Under the pieces are notes generated by a model. The model did not search any database. It saw only the letters and a list, made by a program, of their open reading frames with translations, and was not told the DNA's origin. From a virus, in IMG/VR virus record IMGVR_UViG_3300045988_121331, positions 1 through 42,216 of that record: a DNA stretch of 42,216 nt. One strand, 5' to 3'. Made by a program: the position numbers and the translations under genes. Below are positions 41,931 through 42,216 of the stretch, in pieces. How positions within the stretch are numbered: position 1 is the stretch's first letter; the number at the start of each line of letters is the position of its first letter.

Positions 41931-42131
41931 TTAAATTTCTTTTAAAATTTTCTTGCAGATAGAATTTATTCGTTTTGATACCGTTCTATCGCAAATATTT
42001 AACTTAATAGCAATTTGCGTTATTGAATAACCTTTACGGCGCAAATTAAATATTTCGATTTCTTCTTCGCTGAACGGACAGCGTTCAAGAAACCTTTGGT
42101 ATTCATCATATGAAAAGTCAAACTTATTCAA
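41931..42131 (-). CDS. GerE/LuxR-type (sigma region-4-like) single-domain HTH regulator
   Basis: 66 aa with EEEIEIFNLRRKGYSITQIAIKLNICDRTVSKRINSICKKI. TTG start 10 nt after AAGGA. Lies directly downstream of the lysis genes across the genome junction. Confidence 0.65.
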   Translation of the reverse strand: MNKFDFSYDEYQRFLERCPFSEEEIEIFNLRRKGYSITQIAIKLNICDRTVSKRINSICKKILKEI

Positions 42132-42216
42132 CGCCGCACCGTCCTTTTTAGACGGGTAATTGTAATTTTGCGCTTTATTCTTTTGCGATTTTTAGGCTTT
42201 ATTCTTATGCTTTTAA
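42098..42216. repeat. terminal direct repeat, copy 2
   Basis: Exact 119-bp duplicate of positions 1-119. It contains the 5' end of the HTH gene 41931-42131. Confidence 0.9.

Noticed and set aside
1-42216. CRISPR arrays, diversity-generating retroelements, retrons and stop-codon recoding.
   Set aside because: There are no spaced direct repeats of CRISPR type and no reverse-transcriptase-like ORF. All long structural and replication ORFs are uninterrupted under the standard code, so recoding is not indicated.

Overview
The window is one complete, AT-rich, roughly 42.1-kb dsDNA tailed-phage genome. Positions 1-119 are repeated exactly at 42098-42216, which indicates circular closure or a short terminal redundancy. 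Gene order is siphovirus-like (a long tape-measure gene and no sheath gene). AGGAGG-type ribosome-binding sites, sigma-A consensus promoters, an XhlA-like gene and YopX suggest a Firmicutes host.

Almost all genes lie on the minus strand. In transcription order:
- An early operon starts at about 38.56 kb. It encodes an AbrB-like protein, a PD-(D/E)XK exonuclease, RecT, an ERCC4-type nuclease, SSB, a replisome organizer with internal iterons, DnaB and YopX.
- A DNA-modification block follows: a multiply frameshifted C5-methyltransferase, two N6/N4-type methyltransferases and an SPL-like radical-SAM protein.
- Next come an ArpU/sigma-like regulator and a putative small terminase.
- A roughly 5-kb island then separates the putative small terminase (terS) from the large terminase (terL). 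It carries a small serine recombinase, a methyltransferase, HTH proteins, an oppositely oriented FtsK-like operon, 8-mer tandem repeats and a GC-rich island.
- The late operon follows: terL interrupted in its P-loop by a LAGLIDADG intein, portal, scaffold, capsid, connectors, major tail protein, G/GT chaperones with a -1 slippery site, tape measure, baseplate and fibres, endolysin and holin.
- Last is a terminator-bounded cassette of Gly/Cys/Gln-rich proteins preceded by a GerE/LuxR-like HTH gene.

I could not recognise a tyrosine or large-serine integrase, a CI/Cro pair, a tRNA, a CRISPR array or a reverse transcriptase. An ORF-free 0.5-kb unit with its own consensus promoter sits back-to-back with the early promoter.

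All functional calls come from motif recognition and synteny by eye. No database search was run.
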